A stretch of 64,000 bases of DNA from an uncultured Gammaproteobacteria bacterium. GTDB taxonomy: Bacteria > Patescibacteriota > Microgenomatia > UBA8517. Made by a program: the position numbers and the translations under genes. This document shows, in pieces, positions 37,271-46,504 of the stretch. The stretch covers positions 97,759 through 161,758 of the forward strand of contig CAZRGC010000003.1 in the NCBI GenBank assembly GCA_964599625.1. Direction: 5' to 3'. Within the stretch, counting starts at the first letter, position 1, and each line of letters starts with the position of its first letter. The notes under the pieces are model-generated. The model made no database searches. It was not told the origin of the DNA and saw nothing but the letters and a program-made list of their open reading frames with translations.

Positions 37271-37933
37271 ATGCTGAAAATAAATTCATACACACTCAAA
37301 GGTGAGAAGAAAGGAGAAATAGTTCTTCCCAAGGAGTTTGATGTCAAACTAAATCTTCCTTTGTTGGCTCAGGCAATTAGAGTTTACGAAGAAAGATCTC
37401 ATGTCGGTCTTAGAAACACAAAAACAAGATCCGAGGTCAACAGAACCACCAAAAAAATTTACAAACAAAAAGGAACAGGTGGGGCCAGACATGGAAGCAG
37501 ACGCGCTAACGTGTTTGTGGGCGGAGGCATAACTTTTGGTCCCAGACCGGAACGAAGAATCTTAACTCTTACTTCGGCTCTTAAGTCTTTGGCAAAAATG
37601 ACAGCCTTTGTTTACAAAGCAAGTGAAAAGTCGCTGATTGCTGTCGAAGGCCTTTCTAAAATTGATAAGACAAAAGTAGCCGGAGAATTTCTCAAAAAGT
37701 TATCCACCGAGCTTAAGGCAAATAGGTTCACTTTTGTAATTGCAGACAAAAACGCCGCTTCAAGAAAGTTCCTTAGAAACTTGGGCAATGCTGTTCCGAT
37801 TTCGTTCAAAGAAGTTAGCGCCTTTGATGTGGCCCGCGGTGGTGTTGTAATAATGGACGCTGATATTTTTGAAAAAGCAGCCGACAAAGCCGTAAAGACT
37901 GTCAAAAAGATAGCTGTTAAGAAGCAAACATAA
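37271..37933 (+). CDS. rplD: 50S ribosomal protein L4
   Basis: L4/L1e family sequence and operon position. Confidence 0.9.
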   Translation: MLKINSYTLKGEKKGEIVLPKEFDVKLNLPLLAQAIRVYEERSHVGLRNTKTRSEVNRTTKKIYKQKGTGGARHGSRRANVFVGGGITFGPRPERRILTLTSALKSLAKMTAFVYKASEKSLIAVEGLSKIDKTKVAGEFLKKLSTELKANRFTFVIADKNAASRKFLRNLGNAVPISFKEVSAFDVARGGVVIMDADIFEKAADKAVKTVKKIAVKKQT

Positions 37934-37950
37934 GAAATAAATATATAACT

Positions 37951-38226
37951 ATGATTAAACCAGTATTTACAGAAAAAAGTTTAACGCTTGCCAGACAGGG
38001 TAAGTATTCATTTTGGGTGGACAAAAATGCAACCAAGCCCGCGCTTAAGGCTGCCATTGCAAAAATGTTTGGAGTTCATGTTTTGTCCATTAAAACAATC
38101 ACCATCCCGGGTGAATCCAAAAGAAATGTACGAGGCAAAAAGATAGTTGTTCTCCCAAGTAAGAAGGCGGTTGTAACTCTCAAAAAAGACGAAAAAATAG
38201 ACATTTTTGAAGAAACCAAGAAATAA
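37951..38226 (+). CDS. rplW: 50S ribosomal protein L23
   Basis: L23 family sequence and operon position. Confidence 0.9.
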   Translation: MIKPVFTEKSLTLARQGKYSFWVDKNATKPALKAAIAKMFGVHVLSIKTITIPGESKRNVRGKKIVVLPSKKAVVTLKKDEKIDIFEETKK

Positions 38227-38264
38227 AACATAGAATATAGAACATAAAACATAAAAAATAAAAT

Positions 38265-39017
38265 ATGAAAAGACTCAAATCAATATTATCCAAAAAATCA
38301 GGACGTGCAGGGGGAACAGTTGTTGTCAGACACCAAGGTGGACGACACAAAAGATTTTTGAGAGAAATCGATTTTAAGCGTGTTCACAAGGATGTTTGGG
38401 GAGTTGTTCAGGCAGTAGAATACGATCCCAACAGAAACTCAGAAATCGCCCTGGTACTTTACGAAAACGGCAAGAGAGGGTATATTTTGTCTCCTGTCGG
38501 TCTTACGGTTGGGATGAAGGTGATAAGCTCAGAGTCCGCGCCAATAGAGCCCGGGAACTCACTTCCTTTAAAATTGATTCCAGTGGGTGCTCAGGTTCAC
38601 AACATAGAATTAACAAAAGGCAAAGGTGGCCAAATAGTTAAAGGGGCAGGAAGCGCAGCCGTTATTTTTGGACGTGAAGAAGCTTGGATTTTGGTTAAGC
38701 TTCCGTCTGGAGAAATCAGAAGATTTGATCCGGAATGTTATGCCACAGTTGGTCAAGTCGGCAATGTTGATGCCAAAAACGAGATAATGGGGAAAGCGGG
38801 AAGAGTGAGGCATATGGGTGTAAGACCTTCAGTTCGTGGAGTTGCAATGCATCCTAATGCACATCCTCACGGAGGAGGAGAAGGAAGAAGTGGAATTGGT
38901 ATGAAGCACCCCAAGACTTTTTATGGTAGAAGTGCAGTCGGAAAAACAAGGGCTAAGAAAAAATATTCTGATAGACTAATAGTTCAAAGGAAGGGAGGCA
39001 AAGCCCTTCTGGGTTAA
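38265..39017 (+). CDS. rplB: 50S ribosomal protein L2
   Basis: ..GRNxxGxITxRHxGGGHKR-like motif (VVRHQGGRHKR), C-terminal HPHGGGEG. Confidence 0.95.
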   Translation: MKRLKSILSKKSGRAGGTVVVRHQGGRHKRFLREIDFKRVHKDVWGVVQAVEYDPNRNSEIALVLYENGKRGYILSPVGLTVGMKVISSESAPIEPGNSLPLKLIPVGAQVHNIELTKGKGGQIVKGAGSAAVIFGREEAWILVKLPSGEIRRFDPECYATVGQVGNVDAKNEIMGKAGRVRHMGVRPSVRGVAMHPNAHPHGGGEGRSGIGMKHPKTFYGRSAVGKTRAKKKYSDRLIVQRKGGKALLG

Positions 39018-39025
39018 TTTAAATT

Positions 39026-39307
39026 ATGGCAAGAAGTTCAAAAAAGGGTCCGTTTGTAGACCCGATACTAGTCAAAAAGTTGGAAAAAGGAATGGGCACA
39101 AAAGAAAGCCCTATCAAAACCTGGTCCAGAAGATGCCAAATTTCACCGGAATTTGTTGGTAAATATTTTCAGGTTCATAACGGTCGTGTATTTATCGATG
39201 TATTTGTAACAGAAGACATGGTCGGCCATAGGCTTGGTGAGTTTTCACCTACAAGAACATTCAGAGGACACGGAGAGATAGTCAAAAGAACGATGGACAA
39301 GACGTAA
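39026..39307 (+). CDS. rpsS: 30S ribosomal protein S19
   Basis: [23 protein letters not shown] signature. Confidence 0.95.
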   Translation: MARSSKKGPFVDPILVKKLEKGMGTKESPIKTWSRRCQISPEFVGKYFQVHNGRVFIDVFVTEDMVGHRLGEFSPTRTFRGHGEIVKRTMDKT

Positions 39308-39341
39308 ATGTCTTCGTCTGGCGACGTAAAAAAGTAAAACT

Positions 39342-39803
39342 ATGGAAAAAACATACACATCAACTCAAAAATATCTGATTATGAGTCCTAGAAAAATAAG
39401 ACTTGTAACTGAACTTGTAAAAAAGATGAAACCGCTTGATGCGATTGAGAAGTTGCCCTTTGTTCAAAAAAGAGCAGGAGAGGTTGTTGCAAAAGTAATA
39501 AAAAGCGCTTTAGCAAACGCTAGAGTTCAGGGTGCGACCGATACAGATTTGGTTTTTAAAGAGATTCAAGTTGGCGAAGGACCCAGACTCAAAAGAGGTA
39601 GGGCTGCAAGCCGCGGAAGATGGCATCCGTTTAAACACAGAATGTCACACATTAGAGTGGTTTTGGTATCAGGTAAACAAGTAAAGACAGTGGAAGCCGA
39701 AGTGACCAAGAAAGTAGAAGATAAAGAAGTCAAAGCAGAAGTAGTGAAGAAAGAGACGCCGGCAAAAAAAGCCGCAGCAAAGAAAAATGGGACAAAAGGT
39801 TAA
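39342..39803 (+). CDS. rplV: 50S ribosomal protein L22 (with Lys-rich C-terminal extension)
   Basis: L22 core plus a K/E-rich tail. Overlaps the rpsC start. Confidence 0.9.
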   Translation: MEKTYTSTQKYLIMSPRKIRLVTELVKKMKPLDAIEKLPFVQKRAGEVVAKVIKSALANARVQGATDTDLVFKEIQVGEGPRLKRGRAASRGRWHPFKHRMSHIRVVLVSGKQVKTVEAEVTKKVEDKEVKAEVVKKETPAKKAAAKKNGTKG

Positions 39804-40443
39804 TCCAATCGGTATAAGAATCGGAAGCTACCTTCCTTGGAAATCAAGATGGTTTGCCGACGGTGGTGTTCTGAAGGACTTTTTGGTGGAAGATATCAAA
39901 ATCAGAAAAGGACTCATGGAACGTCTCAAGCTTGCCGGAGTCACAACTGTTGAAATCGAAAGACTTCCCAAAAGCATGGTGATTTCGATAACAGTCAGTA
40001 GGCCAGGAGTTGTAATTGGGCGAGGCGGAACAGGAATCGAAGACGTCAAAAAATTCGTAATGAGCATAATTAACGAGGTTAGAAAGAAAAAAGTTAAAGA
40101 TCTTAAAATCGACATTAGAATCAATGAAGTCAAAAATGCAGAACTTTCGGCACATCTTGTTGCAGGAAGGATTGTGGGAGAGTTGGAACGTAGAATTCCC
40201 CACAGACGTGCAGTTACAAAAGCTCTCGAAAGAGTAATGGCCTCGGGGGCCTTGGGAGCCAAAGTTGTTTTGGCAGGGCGCATAAACGGAGCAGAAATCA
40301 GCAGAGTTGAAAAGTTCCATGTTGGATCTGTTCCCACTCAAACACTTAGAGAAACTGTCGATTATGCACAGACACCGGCATCGCTTAAAAGAGGTTATGT
40401 CGGGGTAAAAGTTTGGATACACAAAAAACAGGAAGGTAATTAA
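39787..40443 (+). CDS. rpsC: 30S ribosomal protein S3
   Basis: MGQKVNPIGIR start, KH domain. Confidence 0.95.
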   Translation: MGQKVNPIGIRIGSYLPWKSRWFADGGVLKDFLVEDIKIRKGLMERLKLAGVTTVEIERLPKSMVISITVSRPGVVIGRGGTGIEDVKKFVMSIINEVRKKKVKDLKIDIRINEVKNAELSAHLVAGRIVGELERRIPHRRAVTKALERVMASGALGAKVVLAGRINGAEISRVEKFHVGSVPTQTLRETVDYAQTPASLKRGYVGVKVWIHKKQEGN

Positions 40444-40448
40444 CGATT

Positions 40449-40859
40449 ATGATGCAACCAAAGCGAAGAAAGTTTGTAAAAGAGTTTAGGGGAAGACGAC
40501 GCGGTCTCGCTACCCGCGGTGCCAGTATGGCTTTTGGAGAATTTGCACTGAAGGCTCAGGAAGTTTCTTGGATAACATCTGCTCAGATTGAGGCAGCTAG
40601 AAGAAGCATAACCCACAATCTAAAAAAAGGTGGACGTGTTTGGATTAGAATTTTTCCGGACAAGCCCATTACCAGTAGGCCAGCAGGAAAAAGAATGGGT
40701 GGAGGAAAGGGAGATATTTCGACATATGTTGCAGTAGTTAAACCCGGAATGATACTTTTTGAAGTTGCAGGGGCAGCGGAAGATGTGGTTAGGACTGCAT
40801 TCAAAAGAGCATCCGCCAAGCTCCCGATAGATGTCAAGATAGTTACAAGAGAAGACTAA
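40449..40859 (+). CDS. rplP: 50S ribosomal protein L16
   Basis: L16/L10e signature (..RMGGGKG..). Confidence 0.95.
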   Translation: MMQPKRRKFVKEFRGRRRGLATRGASMAFGEFALKAQEVSWITSAQIEAARRSITHNLKKGGRVWIRIFPDKPITSRPAGKRMGGGKGDISTYVAVVKPGMILFEVAGAAEDVVRTAFKRASAKLPIDVKIVTRED

Positions 40860-40863
40860 GACT

Positions 40864-41091
40864 ATGAAAAGAAAAGAATTTACAGATTTAAAAACAAAAC
40901 AGATAAAAGACCTTTTAAAAATGGTTTCTGCCAAAAGTCTTGAGGCGGGCAAGAAACAAATGGAAGTGTCCGGAGGAAAAGAAAAGAATCTAAGATCGGT
41001 CAAAAATATCCGAAAAGATATTGCCAGAATTTTGACGTTAATCAAAGAAAAGCAGATAATCGAGACTTTGGAGAAAGGAGTGAATAAATAA
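40864..41091 (+). CDS. rpmC: 50S ribosomal protein L29
   Basis: Small helical protein at the operon position of L29. Confidence 0.8.
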   Translation: MKRKEFTDLKTKQIKDLLKMVSAKSLEAGKKQMEVSGGKEKNLRSVKNIRKDIARILTLIKEKQIIETLEKGVNK

Positions 41092-41094
41092 TTT

Positions 41095-41340
41095 ATGAAA
41101 ATTTTTAGAGGAAAAGTAATCGGTAAAAAGATGACCAATACTGCGACTGTGGCTGTAGAGCGTGTTATTGTTCACCCTCTTTATCAAAAAAGATTCAGAC
41201 GCGATACAAAATATCAAGTCCACGACGAGATGGATACAAAAGTTGGTGATACTGTCAAATTTGCAGCCAGTAAACCCTATTCAAAGACAAAGAAATGGAA
41301 AATTTTGGAGATAGTTAAGGAGAAAGGGGGAGCCAAATAA
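41095..41340 (+). CDS. rpsQ: 30S ribosomal protein S17
   Basis: ..GKVIGKKMTNTATVAVER..HPLYQK signature. Confidence 0.92.
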   Translation: MKIFRGKVIGKKMTNTATVAVERVIVHPLYQKRFRRDTKYQVHDEMDTKVGDTVKFAASKPYSKTKKWKILEIVKEKGGAK

Positions 41341-41705
41341 TGGTGCAGTTAAGAACAATGTTGGTTCCTGCAGACAACAGCGGAGCCAAAAGACTCCAGA
41401 TAATTGGAGTTCCTGGAAGAGTTGGTAAAATTGCCACTTTGGGAGATGTTGTTCTTTGTGTAGTCAAAGGCGCGGACCCAACAGGTGTGGTGGCTGATCA
41501 CGAAAAAGTGAAAGTGCTTATCGTACGCACCAAAAAAGAAGTAGGCAGACCAGATGGAAGCTATATCAGATTTGACGATAACGCAGGGGTGGTAATTGAT
41601 AAACAAGGGTTGCCAAGGGGTACCAGAATATTGGGACCGGTTGCCCGCGAGGTTAAAGAGGCAGGGTACAACAAAATTGCATCACTCGCCCGTGAGGTTA
41701 TATAA
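41340..41705 (+). CDS. rplN: 50S ribosomal protein L14
   Basis: MVQLRTMLVPADNSGAK start. Confidence 0.95.
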   Translation: MVQLRTMLVPADNSGAKRLQIIGVPGRVGKIATLGDVVLCVVKGADPTGVVADHEKVKVLIVRTKKEVGRPDGSYIRFDDNAGVVIDKQGLPRGTRILGPVAREVKEAGYNKIASLAREVI

Positions 41706-41720
41706 GCAAACAAAACAAAT

Positions 41721-42035
41721 ATGCTCAAAATTAAACTTGGAGACACAGTCAAAATAACAGCAGGCAAAGACAAAGGCCGCGAAGGGAAGGTTGAAAAAAT
41801 CTACCCAGAGGACTCAAAGGTTGTTGTGCCAGGCGTAAACCTGTACAAAAAACACGTTAAAGGTTTTGGTGACGTTAAGGGTGGAATCTACGAAATTCCC
41901 AGAGCTTTGGGATTTGGAAAAATTGCACTTATATGTCCAAAATGCAAAAAAATAACCAGAGTTGGTTTCAAATTTGCGGGTAAGGAAAAAGTGAGAGTTT
42001 GCCGCAAGTGCGGAAAAGAAATCGACGGTAAATAA
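41721..42035 (+). CDS. rplX: 50S ribosomal protein L24 (with C-terminal Cys4 zinc-ribbon extension)
   Basis: KOW motif (GDTVKITAGKDKGREGKV) plus CPKC...CRKCG at the C-terminus. Confidence 0.9.
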   Translation: MLKIKLGDTVKITAGKDKGREGKVEKIYPEDSKVVVPGVNLYKKHVKGFGDVKGGIYEIPRALGFGKIALICPKCKKITRVGFKFAGKEKVRVCRKCGKEIDGK

Positions 42036-42040
42036 ACAAT

Positions 42041-42619
42041 ATGGAAAATAATAAACAAAGATTACAGGTTAAATACGAAAAAGAGGTTAAGCCGGTTTTG
42101 ATGAAAGAGTTTGGCATCAAACACGAACTGGCCACTCCCAAGATTGCCAAAGTGGTTGTTAATATGGGAGTCGGAAAACTCTCCAAGAACCAAGCCCAGA
42201 TGGACGCACTTAAAAAAGATATTGCTACCATGACAGGTCAGGCGCCGTCGGTCAGAAACGCGAAGGTTTCTATTGCGAGCTTCTCGCTCAGGGAAGGACA
42301 GCCTGTAGGTTTGTCAGTGACTCTTAGAGGTGCCTCTATGTACGGTTTTCTGGATAGACTAGTTTCTATAACCTTACCGCGTCTTAGGGACTTTAGAGGA
42401 GTTTCTGGTAAGTCTTTTGACCAGGCAGGCAACTACACCCTTGGTTTTCAGGAACATACGGTTTTTCCGGAAATTGACCCGACCCGGTCTGCTCAGCCTC
42501 ACGGAATGGAAGTAACAGTAGTTGTAACAGGCACCGATCCGTCAGATAAATCAGGCACAAACGTGGTAAAATCCAAAAGACTTTTAGAGCTTATGGGTAT
42601 GCCTTTTGAAAAACCCTAA
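42041..42619 (+). CDS. rplE: 50S ribosomal protein L5
   Basis: L5 signature and operon position. Confidence 0.93.
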   Translation: MENNKQRLQVKYEKEVKPVLMKEFGIKHELATPKIAKVVVNMGVGKLSKNQAQMDALKKDIATMTGQAPSVRNAKVSIASFSLREGQPVGLSVTLRGASMYGFLDRLVSITLPRLRDFRGVSGKSFDQAGNYTLGFQEHTVFPEIDPTRSAQPHGMEVTVVVTGTDPSDKSGTNVVKSKRLLELMGMPFEKP

Positions 42620-42655
42620 GGTTTTTGGTTCTAAAGTACAAATAAATATAAACAT

Positions 42656-42841
42656 ATGGCAACAACAGCAAAAGAAGTAAGAGAAACAAAAAAATTAAAG
42701 TACGCAATTAGGTACCGCAATAGGTGCCGCCTTTGCGGAAGAAGCAGAGGTTACCTTAGAAAATATGGTATTTGCAGACTGTGTTTTAGAGAGCATGCCT
42801 TAAGAGGTGAAATTCCAGGTGTCAGAAAGGCAAGTTGGTAA
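42656..42841 (+). CDS. rpsZ: 30S ribosomal protein S14 type Z (zinc-binding)
   Basis: 61 aa, CRLCGRS...CRLC zinc motif. Confidence 0.92.
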   Translation: MATTAKEVRETKKLKYAIRYRNRCRLCGRSRGYLRKYGICRLCFREHALRGEIPGVRKASW

Positions 42842-42853
42842 TTAATAATAACT

Positions 42854-43261
42854 ATGAAAAAAGCAGAAACAATCAAACACGGAACAGTTAACTACGGAGT
42901 AGGAGATTTTCTTATAAAAATCAAAAACTGTTCTATGGCCAAAAACAAAAGCCTGGTAACCAGATATACAAAACACAATATGGCTATCGCAGAAACTCTC
43001 AAGAAACTTGGCTATTTGGACGAAGTCAAAAAAGACGGACTCAACCTCCATCTTTCTCTGACATTCAAAAACAAAAGACCTGTAGTTATGGACCTCAAAC
43101 TTGTTTCCAAACCAGGACTTAGGGTTTACAAGGGAGTAGATGAAATTGAAAGCAAAAAAGGACCTTCCCTTCTTTTGATTTCTACACCTTTGGGAGTAAT
43201 TTCTTCCAAAGAAGCCATCAAAAAGAGAGTTGGCGGAGAAGTAATAGCAGAAATTTGGTAA
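42854..43261 (+). CDS. rpsH: 30S ribosomal protein S8
   Basis: S8 family sequence and operon position. Confidence 0.92.
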   Translation: MKKAETIKHGTVNYGVGDFLIKIKNCSMAKNKSLVTRYTKHNMAIAETLKKLGYLDEVKKDGLNLHLSLTFKNKRPVVMDLKLVSKPGLRVYKGVDEIESKKGPSLLLISTPLGVISSKEAIKKRVGGEVIAEIW

Positions 43262-43265
43262 AAAT

Positions 43266-43814
43266 ATGTCAAAGATAGGAAGACAACCAATTAAAATTGC
43301 CCAAGGAGTAACGGTTGCGGCCGACAAATCAAATGTCAAAGTCACCGGTCCCAAAGGAACGCTTGATCTTGCATTGCCTGCAGGTGTAAGTGTGGAAGTT
43401 AAAGATGGTGAAGCGCTTGTGAATGTCAAAGGCACAGGTAAGTTTTACTCTAGCCTTCACGGAACAATCCGTTCGCGCATCAACAACAATGTAAAAGGTG
43501 TGAGTACGGGTTGGAATAGACAGCTTGAACTTGTGGGTACAGGTTTTAGGGCCGAAGTTTCGGGAAAAACATTGACACTTACTGTAGGATATTCTCACCC
43601 TGTAAAAATCGAGGCACCCGAAGGGATTACGTTCAAGGTGGAAAAATTAATAGTAACCGTTGAGGGTTACGATAGAGTAGTTGTCGGACAAGTGGCTGCA
43701 AATATCAGAGCAGTAAGACCGCCCGAACCATACAAAGGAAAAGGAATTAAATATGTCGACGAGGTTATAAGAAGAAAGCCTGGTAAAGCTGCAGCAAAAA
43801 CAACAGGAGCATAA
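43266..43814 (+). CDS. rplF: 50S ribosomal protein L6
   Basis: MSKIGRQPIKI start, two L6 repeats. Confidence 0.93.
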   Translation: MSKIGRQPIKIAQGVTVAADKSNVKVTGPKGTLDLALPAGVSVEVKDGEALVNVKGTGKFYSSLHGTIRSRINNNVKGVSTGWNRQLELVGTGFRAEVSGKTLTLTVGYSHPVKIEAPEGITFKVEKLIVTVEGYDRVVVGQVAANIRAVRPPEPYKGKGIKYVDEVIRRKPGKAAAKTTGA

Positions 43815-43832
43815 TCCCAGCAGTAAAATATT

Positions 43833-44192
43833 ATGAAAACAATACAACTTAAAGCTAAAAGACAAGCAAGAAGAAAAACAAGTGTTAAGTCCAAGATTTT
43901 TGGGACAACCGATAGGCCAAGACTTTCCGTTTTCAGGTCCAACCTGCACATTTACGGACAGTTGGTGGACGATGTTAAAGCTATTACAGTCGCAGCTTTT
44001 TCCGACCTTAAACTCAAAAAATCAGATAAAATGACAAAATCGCAAATTGCAGAAGCGGTTGGCGAGGAACTTGCCAAGCTCGCAGTTGCTAAAAAAGTCA
44101 AAAAAGTAATTTTTGACAGAAACGGATTTATTTATCACGGACGAGTAAAATCACTGGCAGAGGGAGCAAGAAAGGGAGGATTGGAGTTTTAA
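43833..44192 (+). CDS. rplR: 50S ribosomal protein L18
   Basis: L18/L5e signature (..[18 protein letters not shown]..). Confidence 0.92.
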   Translation: MKTIQLKAKRQARRKTSVKSKIFGTTDRPRLSVFRSNLHIYGQLVDDVKAITVAAFSDLKLKKSDKMTKSQIAEAVGEELAKLAVAKKVKKVIFDRNGFIYHGRVKSLAEGARKGGLEF

Positions 44193-44201
44193 GATATAAA
44201 T

Positions 44202-44708
44202 ATGGCAAATTTTAACCGAACATATGCCGACCAGGCACCAAAAGAATATGAGGAGACAGTTGTTCAAATAAACAGGATCTCCAAAAAGACAAAAGGTGGA
44301 AACACAATGAGATTTTCTGCACTTATTGTGGTGGGCAACAGAAAAGGAAGAGTTGGGGTTGGTATGGCCAAGGCACACGACGTTAGAAACGCAATCCGAA
44401 AATCAATCGAGGCAGCCAAAAGAAATTTGGTGGACGTTCCTCTTACTGGAACAACCATCCCTTACTCAGTAAGCGAAAAGTATTCTGCAGCTAAAATTCT
44501 TTTGAAACCAGCACCCCCCGGATCCGGAATTATTGCAGGCGGACCAATGAGAGTTGTTTTGGAAGCGGCAGGAATCAGAGATGCAGTCGGAAAAATTTTG
44601 GGAACAAAGAATAAAATTTCTAATGTTTATGCGACACTCAAGGCGCTGGAGCAAGTATCACGCCTTGTTGTTATGAAGAAAAATGAGCCAAAAGCAGAAA
44701 CTAAATAA
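44202..44708 (+). CDS. rpsE: 30S ribosomal protein S5
   Basis: S5 dsRBD and C-terminal domain (..VVGNRKGRVGVGMAKA..). Confidence 0.95.
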   Translation: MANFNRTYADQAPKEYEETVVQINRISKKTKGGNTMRFSALIVVGNRKGRVGVGMAKAHDVRNAIRKSIEAAKRNLVDVPLTGTTIPYSVSEKYSAAKILLKPAPPGSGIIAGGPMRVVLEAAGIRDAVGKILGTKNKISNVYATLKALEQVSRLVVMKKNEPKAETK

Positions 44709-44710
44709 CT

Positions 44711-45118
44711 ATGAGCAAATTACCAAAAGTTGTAACAAAGTCAAAAAAGAGAATCGGTAGAGGTTTTGGAACCGGTAAAGGTGGACACACCACAAACCGC
44801 GGACAGAAGGGGCAAAAATCCCGTGGTTCCATTGGAGTTCTTTTCGAAGGAATGAAAGTCAAGAAGTCACTTCTTAAAAGACTTCCATTGCAGCGCGGAA
44901 AAGGAAAGTTCAAAGCCAACGGAAAACCGGTTATTGTTACCCTTACCGACCTGGATATTCTCCCAACCGGTAGTGAAATTACTTTAGATCTTTTGATCAA
45001 AGAGAACTTGGTCGACCCTATTTTAGGCCGAAAATTCGGAGTAAAAGTCTTGGGAGGAGGAAAATCTACCAAGAAATTTACTTTCAAAGTCCCAACTTCC
45101 AAATCTGTAGCCAAATAA
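44711..45118 (+). CDS. rplO: 50S ribosomal protein L15 (no rpmD/L30 between rpsE and rplO)
   Basis: ..GRGFGTGKGGHTTNRGQKGQKSR signature. rpsE is followed directly by rplO. Confidence 0.93.
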   Translation: MSKLPKVVTKSKKRIGRGFGTGKGGHTTNRGQKGQKSRGSIGVLFEGMKVKKSLLKRLPLQRGKGKFKANGKPVIVTLTDLDILPTGSEITLDLLIKENLVDPILGRKFGVKVLGGGKSTKKFTFKVPTSKSVAK

Positions 45119-45122
45119 ATAT

Positions 45123-45599
45123 ATGACAGAAAGTCCAACACCTGTTGGAGAAGAAGCAGAAAAACTACAAAAAACATCACTTTTAGTGATGTATTCACGC
45201 CAAGATATGGCAGATACAGCCCTTGAGGTAATAAAAGAACTTAGGGAAGCAGGTCTTAATGTCATCGATATAAACGATAAGATTGCAGATGGCTCGTGGG
45301 TGGGTGAGTCGGATAAAATATTGGAAAATACCCCAGCAGTTCTTGTTATTCCATCAAAATCCATAAAAGAAGATGGTTTGGTTAAGGACGCAGTTTACCG
45401 TGCCGACATGCTAAGGGTAGAAAAAAGAAAGAGAATCGTTCCAATATTTTTTCAGGCTAATGCAAATGTTTCGATAGGAGGCCTTGGCAGCCTTGCCGGA
45501 ATAAATTGGGACGGTGAGACAGAAGGGATTCAAAATTTTGATAAGACTGCAGCTTTCGGCCACCTCAAAACTTTTGTCGCCCAAAATACTAATTCATAA
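45123..45599 (+). CDS. TIR-like (TIR_2 / DUF1863-type) domain protein
   Basis: LLVMYSRQDMADTALEVIKELREAGLNVIDINDKIADGSWVGESDKILENTPAVLVIPSKSIKEDGLVKDAVYRADMLRVEKRKRIVPIFF follows the bacterial TIR pattern (xISYSxxD..AxxLxxxLxxAGxxVxxDxDIxxGxxW...AIxxSxxxLxxxSxxSxxSxW..E...A...KRIIPV). Confidence 0.55.
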   Translation: MTESPTPVGEEAEKLQKTSLLVMYSRQDMADTALEVIKELREAGLNVIDINDKIADGSWVGESDKILENTPAVLVIPSKSIKEDGLVKDAVYRADMLRVEKRKRIVPIFFQANANVSIGGLGSLAGINWDGETEGIQNFDKTAAFGHLKTFVAQNTNS

Positions 45600-45601
45600 A
45601 C

Positions 45602-46030
45602 ATGGAAACAATTAAACCTAACGGGTTTTTGACAAGCTTCGAGTTTGAGGGATTAAAACTTCCTGTGGAATACGTGAGAACAGATCAAGTTTGTGAGGGT
45701 GTAACTTGCGACGTTTACAAATTTTGGGGAGACAAAAAGAAGGACTTGGCGATAATAACAATACAACCTGACGCCAAAACACCACCCCAAAAAGTTTTGT
45801 CGGGAGAAAAAACAATCGAAGGATATATTTCGGGATCGGGTGTATTTACAGTGAAAAAGGACGACGGGGGTGAAGAAAGAATATTGGTAGAAGATAAGCC
45901 CACAGAGTACTTTTCAATTCAAGTAAACGTAGGGGACACAATGCAATGGAAAGCTTCGGAAGATTCTATTCTTACTGTTTTTGAAGTTTGCTACCCCCCA
46001 TACGAAGACGGCAGGTTTCAAAATCTTTAG
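45602..46030 (+). CDS. Cupin-like small beta-barrel protein (hypothetical)
   Basis: 142 aa. Alternating beta-strand pattern with a Gly-rich turn typical of cupin_2 folds. No metal-binding His motif identified. Confidence 0.35.
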   Translation: METIKPNGFLTSFEFEGLKLPVEYVRTDQVCEGVTCDVYKFWGDKKKDLAIITIQPDAKTPPQKVLSGEKTIEGYISGSGVFTVKKDDGGEERILVEDKPTEYFSIQVNVGDTMQWKASEDSILTVFEVCYPPYEDGRFQNL

Positions 46031-46045
46031 TGTTATACTTCCAAT

Positions 46046-46489
46046 ATGTCCCGCGATAGATTCAGACTTCTTGCAGCGTGTTACTTATTGCCAATAAAGG
46101 GGAAGAAAGTTCTTTTGTCCCGCCGTTTTAACACTGGCTGGAAGGATGGTTGGTATTCCTTGATTGCAGGGCATTTGGATGGCAACGAATCTGTAAGCGA
46201 CTCAATGATTCGTGAAGCGAAAGAGGAGTCTGGTATTGAAATTGCCAAAAAAGACTTGGTTCCTTTAACCTCCGTTCACCACAAAACAGAAGACTCAGAA
46301 TATGTGGACTTTTTCTTCGCAGTAAAAAAGTGGAAAGGTGAACCGCAAATCAAGGAGCCCAACAAGTGTGACGATATGTCCTGGTTTCCAATAGACAAAC
46401 TTCCGGAAAAATTACTTCCACACGTTAAGCAAATAATTCAAAACCTGGACTCCAATGTTCCTTTTTTTGAACACGGATGGAACAAATAA
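46046..46489 (+). CDS. NUDIX hydrolase
   Basis: Nudix box GHLDGNESVSDSMIREAKEESGIEI (Gx5Ex7REUxEExGU). Confidence 0.8.
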   Translation: MSRDRFRLLAACYLLPIKGKKVLLSRRFNTGWKDGWYSLIAGHLDGNESVSDSMIREAKEESGIEIAKKDLVPLTSVHHKTEDSEYVDFFFAVKKWKGEPQIKEPNKCDDMSWFPIDKLPEKLLPHVKQIIQNLDSNVPFFEHGWNK

Positions 46490-46504
46490 CTGCTAAACTA
46501 TTTT

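Noticed and set aside
39828-40422. Two ~170-190-aa minus-strand ORFs
   Set aside because: Antisense to rpsC/rplV; the ribosomal protein frames are unambiguous.
42842-43435. 197-aa minus-strand ORF
   Set aside because: Antisense to rpsH/rplF.
44701-45364. 165-aa and 113-aa minus-strand ORFs
   Set aside because: Antisense to rplO and the TIR-like gene.
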